This document shows, piece after piece, positions 7,467 through 15,043 of a stretch of 15,498 nt of DNA. The notes under the pieces are model-generated. The model was not told where the DNA came from. It saw only the letters and a program-made list of their open reading frames with translations, and ran no database searches. Source of the stretch: Leidyana gryllorum EB-2025a (lineage: Eukaryota; Protista; Apicomplexa); contig JBLWGC010000166.1 of the NCBI GenBank assembly GCA_048772705.1, positions 1 to 15,498 on the forward strand, given 5' to 3'. The first letter of the stretch is position 1; each line of letters opens with the position of its first letter. The translations under genes were made by a program, and so were the position numbers.

Positions 7467-7539
7467 TACCTACGTCGAGACGCGAACTCGCAACCTTTGG
7501 ATTTGAAGTCCAACGCGCTTTCCATCGCGCCACGTAGGC
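7467..7539 (-). tRNA. Arg-like tRNA body with TCA (opal suppressor-type) anticodon
   Basis: GCCTACG/CGTAGGT; TTGGA-CTTCAAA-TCCAA; A14>G, A58>C and one T-stem mismatch. Confidence 0.7.
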
Positions 7540-7628
7540 AAGCGCTTCTCGATTGGATCGAAAGAAGAACACTCACAGTTTTGAACCACGCCCCAGGCGT
7601 TTCTCTGCACCCAAGGTTGCATGTAGTT

Positions 7629-7701
7629 TGGACGACCTGGGTATCAATCCCAGTACCTCTCGCATGCAAAGCGAGCGCTCAACCATTTGAGCTCGTCGCC
7701 A
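7629..7701 (-). pseudogene. tRNA-Ala(TGC), damaged
   Basis: Ala body; position 1, position 8 and T-loop substitutions. Confidence 0.7.
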
Positions 7702-7788
7702 CTTGTGCACACCCACCACATTTGTTGGTTCTGAACATAGTATGACCACTATCTCAAGTGTCCTCAGCGGTTTGCACGACCGACAGGC

Positions 7789-7860
7789 GGCTGTTTGGTC
7801 TAGTGGTATGATTCTTCCTTCGGGTGGAAGAAGTCCTGGGTTCGGTTCCCAGAACAGCCC
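7789..7860 (+). tRNA. trnP: tRNA-Pro(CGG)
   Basis: CTTCC-TTCGGGT-GGAAG; A58>G only. Confidence 0.85.
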
Positions 7861-7941
7861 CGTTGGTTGTCGGTTAACCCGACGCTCCACCTCATCTCAA
7901 CATGGTACGGCTCTCGTCCGAAGCCTCAACTCGGGGATTCG

Positions 7942-8014
7942 TCCACTGTAGTCTATGTGGCTTGGATATGAGGCTTTCACCCGCTCGATCCTGGTTCAAG
8001 TCACGGCAGGGGAA
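7942..8014 (+). pseudogene. tRNA-Glu(TTC), degenerate
   Basis: Multiple stem mismatches relative to 7328-7400. Confidence 0.72.
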
Positions 8015-8078
8015 ATTCAGCTCAGTGTGCTTGCAAGCAAAATATTTCTTTTATACTCCTACCAGAGACATTGATCCG

Positions 8079-8151
8079 CACCGCCCACCGGGCTGGAACC
8101 CGCGACTGCAAGATTAAGAGTCTTGCGCTCTACCGACTGAGCTAGGGCGGG
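8079..8151 (-). pseudogene. tRNA-Lys(CTT), damaged T-arm
   Basis: CAAGA-CTCTTAA-TCTTG intact; T-arm and position 1 altered relative to 15044. Confidence 0.7.
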
Positions 8152-8254
8152 AAGAAAGCTCTAAACTTAGTTACACCCTATTTGCCGTTGGGTGGACAGT
8201 GGAAGTCAATTCATGTCTTCGTGTGTATATCCCGTCGCATGCACCCAAATATTC

Positions 8255-8326
8255 GGCTGTTTGGTCTAGTGATATGATCGTTGCTTTGGGTGGAAGAAGT
8301 CCTGGGTTCGATTCCCAGAACAGCCA
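8255..8326 (+). pseudogene. tRNA-Pro(TGG), damaged
   Basis: Loop TT-TGG-GT; anticodon-stem mismatches; D-loop GG>GA. Confidence 0.7.
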
Positions 8327-8510
8327 GTCTGGTACTTGTTGACTCAAAACGTCAGTCTATCCAAGGTCGGATGAGATATGCTGCTCAGCTAAGACAACAT
8401 TTGAGTTATATATGCATGGAATCTTCGCCAGATTAACTCCAGTTGGCCCATCAACGCTTTTTGCCAAAGTCCATCAGGTTGAGTAGTAGTTTGCACAGCA
8501 CCTCGCTACT

Positions 8511-8590
8511 TCCGGTGGGACGGAATCGAACCGCCGACTATCTGATGCCAGTACTACAGTCAGATGCTCTACCAACTGAGCTACCCCCGG
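8511..8590 (-). tRNA. trnY: tRNA-Tyr(GTA) with 7-nt intron (8547-8553)
   Basis: C1:G72; TCTGA-CTGTAG[TACTGGC]A-TCAGA; 80 nt = 73 + 7; G5:A68 mismatch. Confidence 0.9.
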
Positions 8591-8750
8591 CCGCCCAACG
8601 GCGTCGAGGTTCGCAGACTCAACCTCAGAACCTCAAAAGTGACACTTCAAGTTCTCAAGTGCGGCACAGATTACGGGCGTGTTGCGTGTGTTCATTTGAG
8701 AAAGCGCTAGTCCGGATAATTCTACCGACTCTTCTGGGATGGGCTGAAGC

Positions 8751-8810
8751 GGTTGCGTGGTGTAGTGGTTAGCACTGGAGACTCTGAATCTCCCGACCTC
8801 GGTTCGATTC
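8751..8810 (+). pseudogene. tRNA-Gln(CTG), 3' end deleted
   Basis: Recognisable through the T-loop, then joins the flank seen at 1431-1447 (reverse complement). Confidence 0.8.
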
Positions 8811-8865
8811 GGTCCTCACTACTCCCTGAATTTTCGCCATCTCTTGGGCTGCGGGGACCATTCGT

Positions 8866-8938
8866 GCTGCCACGGTCTAGTGGTCACGACGTCTGCTTCA
8901 CACGCAGAAGGTCCCGAGTTCGATCCTCGGTGGCTGTA
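8866..8938 (+). tRNA. trnV: tRNA-Val(CAC)
   Basis: Full cloverleaf; T8>C and one acceptor mismatch. Confidence 0.78.
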
Positions 8939-8993
8939 GCTCGCAACTTTCAGCGGGAACCAAAGGGGAGAGTTTTAAGCGAAATCAACTGTG

Positions 8994-9065
8994 CTCCGAG
9001 AGCGGAAATCGAACGCGGGTCTTCCGCGTGACAGGCGGAAATACTAACCACTATACTATCTCGGA
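8994..9065 (-). pseudogene. tRNA-Asp(GTC), broken T-stem
   Basis: Three T-stem substitutions relative to 4187-4258. Confidence 0.7.
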
Positions 9066-9136
9066 CGCTCGCAAACACGCCGGCCTTCAGCCTCAGACGT
9101 CTTACCAGTTTCGAGATTCCACGGACAAAAACTGCG

Positions 9137-9185
9137 TCGGACTGCGGCCTTAACACAGCGCCTTAGACCACTCGGCCATCTTGCC
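9137..9185 (-). pseudogene. tRNA-Leu(AAG) 5' part, truncated in the variable arm
   Basis: GGCAAGATGGCCGAGTGGTCTAAGGCGCTGTG-TTAAGGC-CGCAGTCCGA, then a break. Confidence 0.8.
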
Positions 9186-9254
9186 GGAGCGTTCGCCACT
9201 TTACAGGTTTTCTGTCCGTGTAGTTCTCGAGAAGGAAGACTTTTAGGGTTGAAG

Positions 9255-9290
9255 ACGCGGAAGACGCGGGTTCGATGCCCTGTTTTGGAG
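9255..9290 (+). pseudogene. tRNA-Asp 3'-half remnant
   Basis: Inverted copy of 3254-3289. Confidence 0.6.
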
Positions 9291-9337
9291 AGAGCCTGTT
9301 TCCTCGCTTTGGTGGCACTCACTTCAAAGATTCGAGC

Positions 9338-9410
9338 TACAGCCACCTGGGATCGTACTCGGGACCTTCTGCGTGTTAAGCAGACGTAGTAACCACTAGA
9401 CCATGACTGC
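9338..9410 (-). pseudogene. tRNA-Val(AAC), damaged T-arm
   Basis: Loop TT-AAC-AC; T-loop TACGATC. Confidence 0.7.
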
Positions 9411-9469
9411 ACGAAAGCTTTGCGGAAACCAAGAGAAGTTGCGAAGTTTCAAGAAGTAGAACTAGTTGC

Positions 9470-9536
9470 GAGTCGCGCCGGGAATCGAACCCAGCTCGGG
9501 AGATTCAAAACCTGCAGTGCTAACCATTCACGACCA
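9470..9536 (-). pseudogene. tRNA-Gln(TTG) remnant
   Basis: Inverted copy of 3007-3074. Confidence 0.72.
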
Positions 9537-9737
9537 AGAATTAAAAGAGTGTATGAAGCCATTGGGATTGGAAATGAATGCGTTCAGAGCTGGTACCCAC
9601 CCGATCGTTGGCGTGGCAGGCGGAGATATAACTTTGATACCATGTCGGAGGCACGGCCCAACCTCAGAGCCCAGCTTTTCCATTCTCTAGCTTCAACAGA
9701 CAGGGAACGCTTGGAGTAGCGGGACAGGAACCGAGCT

Positions 9738-9816
9738 GATAAGATGGCTGAGGGTCTAAGGCGCTGTATTCAAGTCGCAGTTTGAAAGGGCGTGGGTCCA
9801 AATCCCACTCTTTTCA
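9738..9816 (+). pseudogene. tRNA-Leu (CAA on CUN-type body), degenerate
   Basis: Inverted copy of 2730-2808. Confidence 0.7.
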
Positions 9817-9853
9817 GGTTGAGCCTCACACGGGAAAAACAAAAGAGTCTGAT

Positions 9854-9923
9854 TGAGCCCATAGTGATTCGAAAACCCAACCTTCTGATCTGGAGTCAGA
9901 CGCGGTACGTTGGCCATAGGCCC
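9854..9923 (-). pseudogene. tRNA-Trp(CCA), degenerate
   Basis: Inverted copy of 2622-2691 with the same lesions. Confidence 0.75.
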
Positions 9924-9978
9924 AAAACCATCCCCCGCTCCAGACTCATTACTTGGTGGTCAGGAATGGAGGTGTCAC

Positions 9979-10049
9979 GCATCTGTGGTCTAGTGGTAGA
10001 ATGTCTCATTGCCATCGAGACGACCCGGGTTCGATTCCCGGCAGATGCA
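9979..10049 (+). tRNA. trnG: tRNA-Gly(GCC)
   Basis: Full length; one anticodon-stem mismatch. Confidence 0.87.
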
Positions 10050-10125
10050 GAGGACACATTGTTGTTTTTCCATCATTCCAGAAATTCATGCGTCAGGTGG
10101 TGTTTAACCCTCCAACCACATCGCA

Positions 10126-10207
10126 CGACAACTGCTGGATTTGAACCAGCGCGGGCCCGGCCCAGTAGATTTCTAGTCTACCCCGTTAACCACTCGGGCA
10201 AGTTGCC
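10126..10207 (-). tRNA. trnS: tRNA-Ser(AGA)
   Basis: Full length; one D-stem substitution. Confidence 0.87.
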
Positions 10208-10268
10208 GCTGTCGAACTTGGCATTTTGCGGCCAGTGGCTTCACATACGGTTCAGCAAGCTTTACTAG

Positions 10269-10341
10269 GACTGCTCGCGCCGCCCGAACCCGCGGTTCTC
10301 CCTTCAAAAGTCTTGCGCTCTACCGACGGAGTTGGGGCGGC
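10269..10341 (-). pseudogene. tRNA-Lys-derived pseudogene (TTT-like loop)
   Basis: GTCGGTAGAGCGCAAGACTTTTGA; 3' half decayed. Confidence 0.7.
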
Positions 10342-10439
10342 AAGAAAGCTCGGACTTGGTAACAAATTCCAGTCGTATTGATGGTGGAATCTTTCCGAGT
10401 CGGTTCGGCTCTCGGCCGAAGCCTAAACTCGACCACTTG

Positions 10440-10512
10440 TCCACTGTAGTCTAAGTGGCTAGGATATGCGGCTCTCACCCGCACGATCCGGGTTCAAGTC
10501 CCGGCAGTGGAA
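10440..10512 (+). tRNA. trnE: tRNA-Glu(CTC)
   Basis: Intact cloverleaf. Confidence 0.94.
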
Positions 10513-10588
10513 GTCATTGAAGTACTCGAGCAAAGTGCTCCACTAATCTCCGTCAGTAGCCATCGTTTCGTTATCTCCAACTTACATT

Positions 10589-10660
10589 GCCTTCTTAGCT
10601 TAGGGGCAGAGCGTTTGCTTCGTAAGCGAGAAGTCGCCGGTTCGATTCCGGCAGAAGGCT
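10589..10660 (+). tRNA. trnT: tRNA-Thr(CGT)
   Basis: GCCTTCT/AGAAGGC; loop TT-CGT-AA. Confidence 0.88.
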
Positions 10661-10726
10661 TTGTTGCATCGATAGGCTTAAGAGGAATGGCTGTCGCCAC
10701 GTACAAGATTCACAAGATCGTGTTCT

Positions 10727-10794
10727 GCATCTGTGGTCTAGTGGAAGAGTCCCTCGCTGCCATCGAGATAACCTGTGTGCGATTCCCGACTGCA
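10727..10794 (+). pseudogene. tRNA-Gly(GCC), degenerate
   Basis: T-loop TGCGATT; acceptor deletion. Confidence 0.72.
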
Positions 10795-10838
10795 AAATGG
10801 TAGCATGATGAGTTTGTCGGCGGTTTCGATTCTGACCG

Positions 10839-10911
10839 TGGGAGTGGAGAGGATCGAACTCTCGACTTCAGGATTATGAGACCTACGCGCTACCGACTGC
10901 GCTACACTCCC
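10839..10911 (-). tRNA. trnM: elongator tRNA-Met(CAT)
   Basis: Inverted copy of 6617-6689, identical by eye. Confidence 0.95.
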
Positions 10912-10987
10912 CCTCCGACTTTCTCCGAGGAATCACCTGAACCCAGAACCATGCTGCCAGGCAGGTTGGGTCAAGATACAACAAAGC

Positions 10988-11059
10988 TGGCTGTTCTGGG
11001 AATGGAACCTAGGACTTCTTCCACCCGACGGAAGTATCATACCACTACACCAAACAGCC
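10988..11059 (-). pseudogene. tRNA-Pro(CGG), damaged
   Basis: Pro body with T-loop, D-stem and anticodon-loop substitutions. Confidence 0.7.
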
Positions 11060-11147
11060 GCCTGTCGTTCGTGCAACCCGCTGAAGACAGTTTAAAAAGT
11101 GGTCATCCTATGTTGAGAACCAACAAATGCGATGGGGTCTGCACCAC

Positions 11148-11220
11148 GGGCGACTAGCTCAAATGGTAGAGCGCTCGCTTAGCATGCGAGAGGTACTGGG
11201 ATCGATGCCCAGGTCGTCCA
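11148..11220 (+). tRNA. trnA: tRNA-Ala(AGC)
   Basis: Intact; G3:T70. Confidence 0.94.
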
Positions 11221-11338
11221 AAGTACGTACGGCTGCACGTGGCCGCATTCAGACCCATCGTTACCATCTTTGAAGAGTCGCGAACCACAAGTGCCATTGG
11301 GAGAGCACCGCACTCAATGTCTAGGGTGCATCGGAAGC

Positions 11339-11411
11339 CGGTTCTGTTAGGTTCCGGACCTCCGAGTTTGTCATCAAAAGCCACACGCTCTGCCGACTGA
11401 GCTACAAGACC
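11339..11411 (-). pseudogene. tRNA-Asn-like body, degenerate
   Basis: 5' half GGTCTTGTAGCTCAGTCGGCAGAGCGTGTGGC matches 14722-14794; 3' half decayed. Confidence 0.7.
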
Positions 11412-11445
11412 CATGCGAAAATAGTAACCACTATGTTATCTCGGA
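11412..11445 (-). pseudogene. 5' half of Asp remnant fused directly to the Asn-like copy
   Basis: catgcgaaaatagtaaccactatgttatctcgga matches 13791-13823 (reverse complement). Confidence 0.7.
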
Positions 11446-11525
11446 CGCTCTGAACACGCCACGGACATTCCATTCGTTCAGAAAACGGCCGTTACCGTGT
11501 ACGAGCTTCAACAACAAGGTGTCAC

Positions 11526-11596
11526 GCATCTGTGGTCTAGTGGTAGAATGTCTGGTTGCCATCGAGACGACCCGGGTTCGATTCCCGGCAGATGCA
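11526..11596 (+). tRNA. trnG: tRNA-Gly(GCC)
   Basis: Full length; one anticodon-stem mismatch. Confidence 0.87.
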
Positions 11597-11671
11597 GAGG
11601 ACACATGGTTGTTTTTCCACCATCCAGAAATTCATGCGGGAGTTGGTGTTTAACCCTCCAACCACATCGCA

Positions 11672-11753
11672 CGACAACTGCTGGATTTGAACCAGCGCGG
11701 GCCCGCCCCAGTAGATTTCTAGTCTACCCCCTTAACCACTCGGGCAAGTTGCC
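11672..11753 (-). tRNA. trnS: tRNA-Ser(AGA)
   Basis: Full length with long variable arm. Confidence 0.9.
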
Positions 11754-11801
11754 GCTGTCGAACTTGGCATTTTGCAGCCAGTGGCTTCGCATACGGTTCA
11801 G

Positions 11802-11875
11802 CACTGCTCGCGCCCCCCCGAACCCGCGGTTCTCCCATCAAAAGTCTTGCGCTCTACGGACTGAGCTAGGGCGGC
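11802..11875 (-). pseudogene. tRNA-Lys-derived pseudogene (TTT-like loop)
   Basis: GCCGCCCTAGCTCAGTCCGTAGAGCGCAAGACTTTTGA; 3' half decayed. Confidence 0.75.
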
Positions 11876-11976
11876 AACGAAGCTCTACACTGAGTTACAC
11901 CCTATTTGCCGTTGGGTGGAGCCCTGGATCCGTTCGACCGGTGGAACAATGAGCTTCAGTAACTTCCGTTAACATT

Positions 11977-12047
11977 GCCTTCTTAGCTGGTGGCAGAGCA
12001 TTCGCTTTGTAAGCGAAAGGTCGCCGGTTCGATTCCGGCAGAAGGCT
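11977..12047 (+). tRNA. trnT: tRNA-Thr(TGT)
   Basis: TTCGC-TTTGTAA-GCGAA; 1-nt D-arm deletion. Confidence 0.78.
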
Positions 12048-12140
12048 TTGCTCACGCACTTAAGCTTTTCTGAGTGGTCTCTCAGTCTCGATAAGGATCT
12101 GAGAGGTTTGGAGGGGAATTGCAATGCACTTTAGATTGGT

Positions 12141-12212
12141 TGTCCGAGCCAGGAATCGAGCCGGGGTTTCCACGGCCACAACCTGCTGTCCTAACCACTA
12201 GACGACTCGGAC
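12141..12212 (-). tRNA. trnH: tRNA-His(GTG), possibly damaged
   Basis: GTCCGAG/CTCGGAC; loop TT-GTG-GC; two anticodon-stem mismatches; T54>C. Confidence 0.7.
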
Positions 12213-12313
12213 AAATCTTTGAGCGAGGCTGTAGAGGTAGCGAAGCATCTATCAGGATGGGATGGAACAGGAGCGTCAGACGAACTGCGTTGCAAGAAGT
12301 CCACTGCTCAACT

Positions 12314-12392
12314 TCGGGTGGGACGGAATTTACTCGTGGAATATCTGATGCCACCACTACAGTCAGATACGTTACCATCTAAGCACCCCGGG
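12314..12392 (-). pseudogene. tRNA-Tyr(GTA) pseudogene retaining a 7-nt intron
   Basis: TCTGACTGTAG[TGGTGGC]ATCAGATA; D and T arms decayed. Confidence 0.75.
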
Positions 12393-12488
12393 CCGTGAGA
12401 GTACTTCGGGGCGGCACACCGCAGCCAGAACGACATCGGCGGTCGCAACGGAAGCCATTAACACTTTGGAACTCAGAAGGAAAGTAAT

Positions 12489-12572
12489 GCACAGATGCCC
12501 GAGTGGTCTAAGGGGCCAGACTCAAGTTCTGGTAGGCGCAAGTCTGCATGGGTTCCAATCCCATTCTGTGCA
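12489..12572 (+). tRNA. trnL: tRNA-Leu(CAA), distinct UUR-type body
   Basis: GCACAGA/TCTGTGC; CCAGA-CTCAAGT-TCTGG; variable arm; T-loop TTCCAAT. Confidence 0.88.
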
Positions 12573-12660
12573 ACGGCGATCATCCCGAAAAAAAGCTGGA
12601 AAAGGTCACAGTAGATTCGAATCTCCATTTGTATATCCGGTTGCATGCACCCAAGTATTC

Positions 12661-12717
12661 GGCTGTTGCTCTGCTGGTATAATCCTTCCTCAGAGTGGAA
12701 GGAGTCCTGAACAGCCC
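12661..12717 (+). pseudogene. tRNA-Pro remnant lacking the T-arm
   Basis: GGCTGTT...GAACAGCCC; upstream flank matches 8225-8254. Confidence 0.65.
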
Positions 12718-12858
12718 TATTGGTCGTCGTTTGACTTGACCGGACATGTTGCCCTCAGAACCAACAAAGCCACCTCGTTAGCCCGCTTCGGTAGGGCAGT
12801 CAGGGCAACTAACATCTCGAGGATCACATTTCGGCTACCTCTTCCATGTTGCAGACTG

Positions 12859-12930
12859 AGCAGTGTAGCTCAGTGGAAGAGTGTTAGTCTCATAACGCAA
12901 AGGTCCGTCGATCGAAACGACGCACTGCTA
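12859..12930 (+). tRNA. trnMi: initiator tRNA-Met(CAT), damaged anticodon stem
   Basis: A1:T72; GATCGAAAC T-loop; the three G:C anticodon-stem pairs are lost. Confidence 0.72.
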
Positions 12931-12979
12931 ACTGTGCGCAGAAGGGAAACAGCTATAGAATTGATTGGGTCGTGACCAA

Positions 12980-13051
12980 AGCCTTCTGCCGGAATCGAAC
13001 CGGCGACCTTTCGCTTACTAAGCGAATGCTCTGCCCCTAAGCTAAGAAGGC
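12980..13051 (-). tRNA. trnT: tRNA-Thr(AGT)
   Basis: Intact; TTCGC-TTAGTAA-GCGAA. Confidence 0.94.
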
Positions 13052-13127
13052 AATGCAAGCCAAAGATCACGAGTCAGTCACTATTGACGGAGGTTACTGG
13101 AGCACTTTGCTCGAATGGTCCAATGAC

Positions 13128-13199
13128 TTCCACTGCCGGGACTTGAACCGGATCATGCGGGTGAAAGCCGCATATCCTAGTCACTTAGACTACAGTGGA
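13128..13199 (-). tRNA. trnE: tRNA-Glu(TTC), damaged copy
   Basis: 1-nt T-stem deletion; D-loop GG>GA. Confidence 0.68.
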
Positions 13200-13361
13200 C
13201 GAGTGGTTGAGTTGGGGCTTCGGCCGAGAGCCGTACCGTCTTGGAAAATATGGAATGTCGGCGTGATCAAGTGAGTGGATCTCTGATACAGATTTGGACT
13301 TAGTAACCAATTCCATTTGTATTGATCTTGGGCCTTCCCCAAGTACAGGGCGAGCTTCCTT

Positions 13362-13434
13362 GCCGCCCCAACTCCGTCGGTGGCGCGCAAGACGTTTGAT
13401 GGGAGAACGCGGGTTCGTGCCGGCGCGAGCAGTG
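13362..13434 (+). pseudogene. tRNA-Lys-derived pseudogene
   Basis: Single-copy inverted counterpart of 4975-5131. Confidence 0.7.
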
Positions 13435-13482
13435 CTGAACCGTATGTGAAGCCACTGGCTGCAAAATGCCAAGCTCGACAGC

Positions 13483-13564
13483 GGCAACTTGCCCGAGTGG
13501 TTGAGGGGGTAGACTAGAAATCTACTGGGCCTGGCCCGCTTTGGTTCAAATCCAGCAGTTGTCG
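13483..13564 (+). tRNA. trnS: tRNA-Ser(AGA)
   Basis: Full length; T-stem substitutions. Confidence 0.8.
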
Positions 13565-13639
13565 TGCGATGTGGTTGGAGGGTTAAACATCAACTCACGC
13601 ATGAATTTCTGAATGGTGGAAACGCAACCATGTGTCCTC

Positions 13640-13710
13640 TGCATCTGCCGGGAATCGAACCCGGGCCGTCTCGATGGCAACGAGACATTCTACCATTAGA
13701 CCACAGATGC
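13640..13710 (-). tRNA. trnG: tRNA-Gly(GCC)
   Basis: Intact stems. Confidence 0.9.
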
Positions 13711-13790
13711 GTGACACCTTGTTGTTGAAGCTCGTACACGGTAACGGCCGTTTTCTGAACGAATGGAATGTCCGTGGCGTGTTCAGAGCG

Positions 13791-13855
13791 TCCGAGATAG
13801 CATAGTGGTTACTATTTTCGCATGTCACGCCTAAGAAGCGGGCCCGATTGCCGGT
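13791..13855 (+). pseudogene. tRNA-Asp remnant
   Basis: Same decayed allele as 6885-6949. Confidence 0.7.
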
Positions 13856-13883
13856 AAATGAGTCTGGAACGGGGGATGGTTTT

Positions 13884-13955
13884 GGGCCTATGGCGCAACG
13901 GTAGCGCGTCTGACTCCAGATCAGAAAGTTGGGTGTTCGAATCACTCTGGGCTCA
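13884..13955 (+). tRNA. trnW: tRNA-Trp(CCA)
   Basis: Intact cloverleaf. Confidence 0.93.
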
Positions 13956-13991
13956 ACCGGACTCTATGTTTTTCCCGTTTGGGGCGCAACC

Positions 13992-14071
13992 TGACAAAAG
14001 TGGGATTCGAACCCACGACCTTTCGGACTGCGGTCTGAGCACAGCGCCTCAGACCACTCGGTCATCTTGCC
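13992..14071 (-). tRNA. trnL: tRNA-Leu(CAG)
   Basis: CTGTG-CTCAGAC-CGCAG; inverted copy of 4352-4431; some mismatches. Confidence 0.75.
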
Positions 14072-14165
14072 GGGATGTTGTTGGCTCGCCGCCCCAAGCG
14101 TTTTCTATCCCTTGAATCTCAAGATGGAAGGACTTTTGGGGTTTCAGGCCGGTGTGTTCGGAGCG

Positions 14166-14237
14166 TCCGAGATAGTATAGTGGTTAGTATTTCCGCCTGT
14201 CACGCGGAAGACCCGGGTTCGATTCCCGGTCTCGGAG
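14166..14237 (+). tRNA. trnD: tRNA-Asp(GTC)
   Basis: Intact; matches 4187-4258. Confidence 0.95.
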
Positions 14238-14374
14238 CAGTTCCAGCCCTCACAACTGGTGCAACTCAGATTTTGTCGCAGCTGGTCTGGACTTCATTCG
14301 GGATTGTACGAGTGGGAGCCGCGTATAGAAGCCGACCTTGGAGGGACGTGGCATTGAGTCAACAACTATCAGAC

Positions 14375-14446
14375 GGGCTGTTCTGGGAATCGAACCCAGG
14401 ACTTCTTCCACCCGAAGGAAGAATCATACCACTAGACCAAACAGCC
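14375..14446 (-). tRNA. trnP: tRNA-Pro(CGG)
   Basis: GGCTGTT/AACAGCC; intact. Confidence 0.95.
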
Positions 14447-14533
14447 GGCTGTCGGTCGAGCAACCCGCTGAGTACAGTCGAGAGAGTGGTCATACGATGT
14501 TGAGAACAAAAAAATCGATGGGGTCTGCGCAAC

Positions 14534-14606
14534 GGGCGACTAGCTCAAATGGTAGAGCGCTCGCTTAGCATGCGAGAGGTACTGGGATCGATGCCCAGGT
14601 CGTCCA
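14534..14606 (+). tRNA. trnA: tRNA-Ala(AGC)
   Basis: Intact; matches 11148-11220. Confidence 0.94.
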
Positions 14607-14721
14607 AAGTTCGTACGGCTGCACGTGGCGGGATCCAAACAAACTTCCATCTTTGAAGAGTCGCAGACCACAAGTGCCATTGGCACACCAGCGCACTCAG
14701 TGTTTAGTGTGCCTCTGAAAC

Positions 14722-14794
14722 CGGTCCTGGAAGGTTTCGAACCTGCGACTTTGTGGTTAGCAGCCACACGCTCTGCCGACTGAGCTACGAGACC
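14722..14794 (-). tRNA. Asn-like short-variable-loop tRNA with GCT anticodon
   Basis: TGTGG-CTGCTAA-CCACA; G73; no long variable arm; two stem mismatches. Confidence 0.72.
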
Positions 14795-14910
14795 CAGCTA
14801 CAATGGTTCAGAGGTTAGTATAGAGATCCTTCTTTTTCTACCACAGGATTCTGCAACCACGTCTTGTCAAGAGGTACGGCTCTCGGCTAAAGCTGCAGCT
14901 GAGGAAGTTG

Positions 14911-14983
14911 TCCACTTTAGTCTAAGTGGCTAGGATATGCGGCTTTCACCCGCACGATCCGGGTTCAAGTCCCGGCAGTGGAA
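14911..14983 (+). tRNA. trnE: tRNA-Glu(TTC)
   Basis: Full length; 7:66 mismatch. Confidence 0.87.
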
Positions 14984-15043
14984 ATCCAGCTGAGTGTGCT
15001 TGTAGGCAACAGTTCCATTCTTACTCCCAGGGAAACAGATGCA

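Noticed and set aside
7467-7539. tRNA-Sec
   Set aside because: It is 73 nt with a short variable loop and ordinary 7/5 stems; tRNA-Sec is longer with a long variable arm.
12770-12840. Possible tRNA-Ile or other remnant
   Set aside because: An A-box-like TTAGCCCGCTTCGGTAGGGC is present, but no convincing anticodon or T arm.
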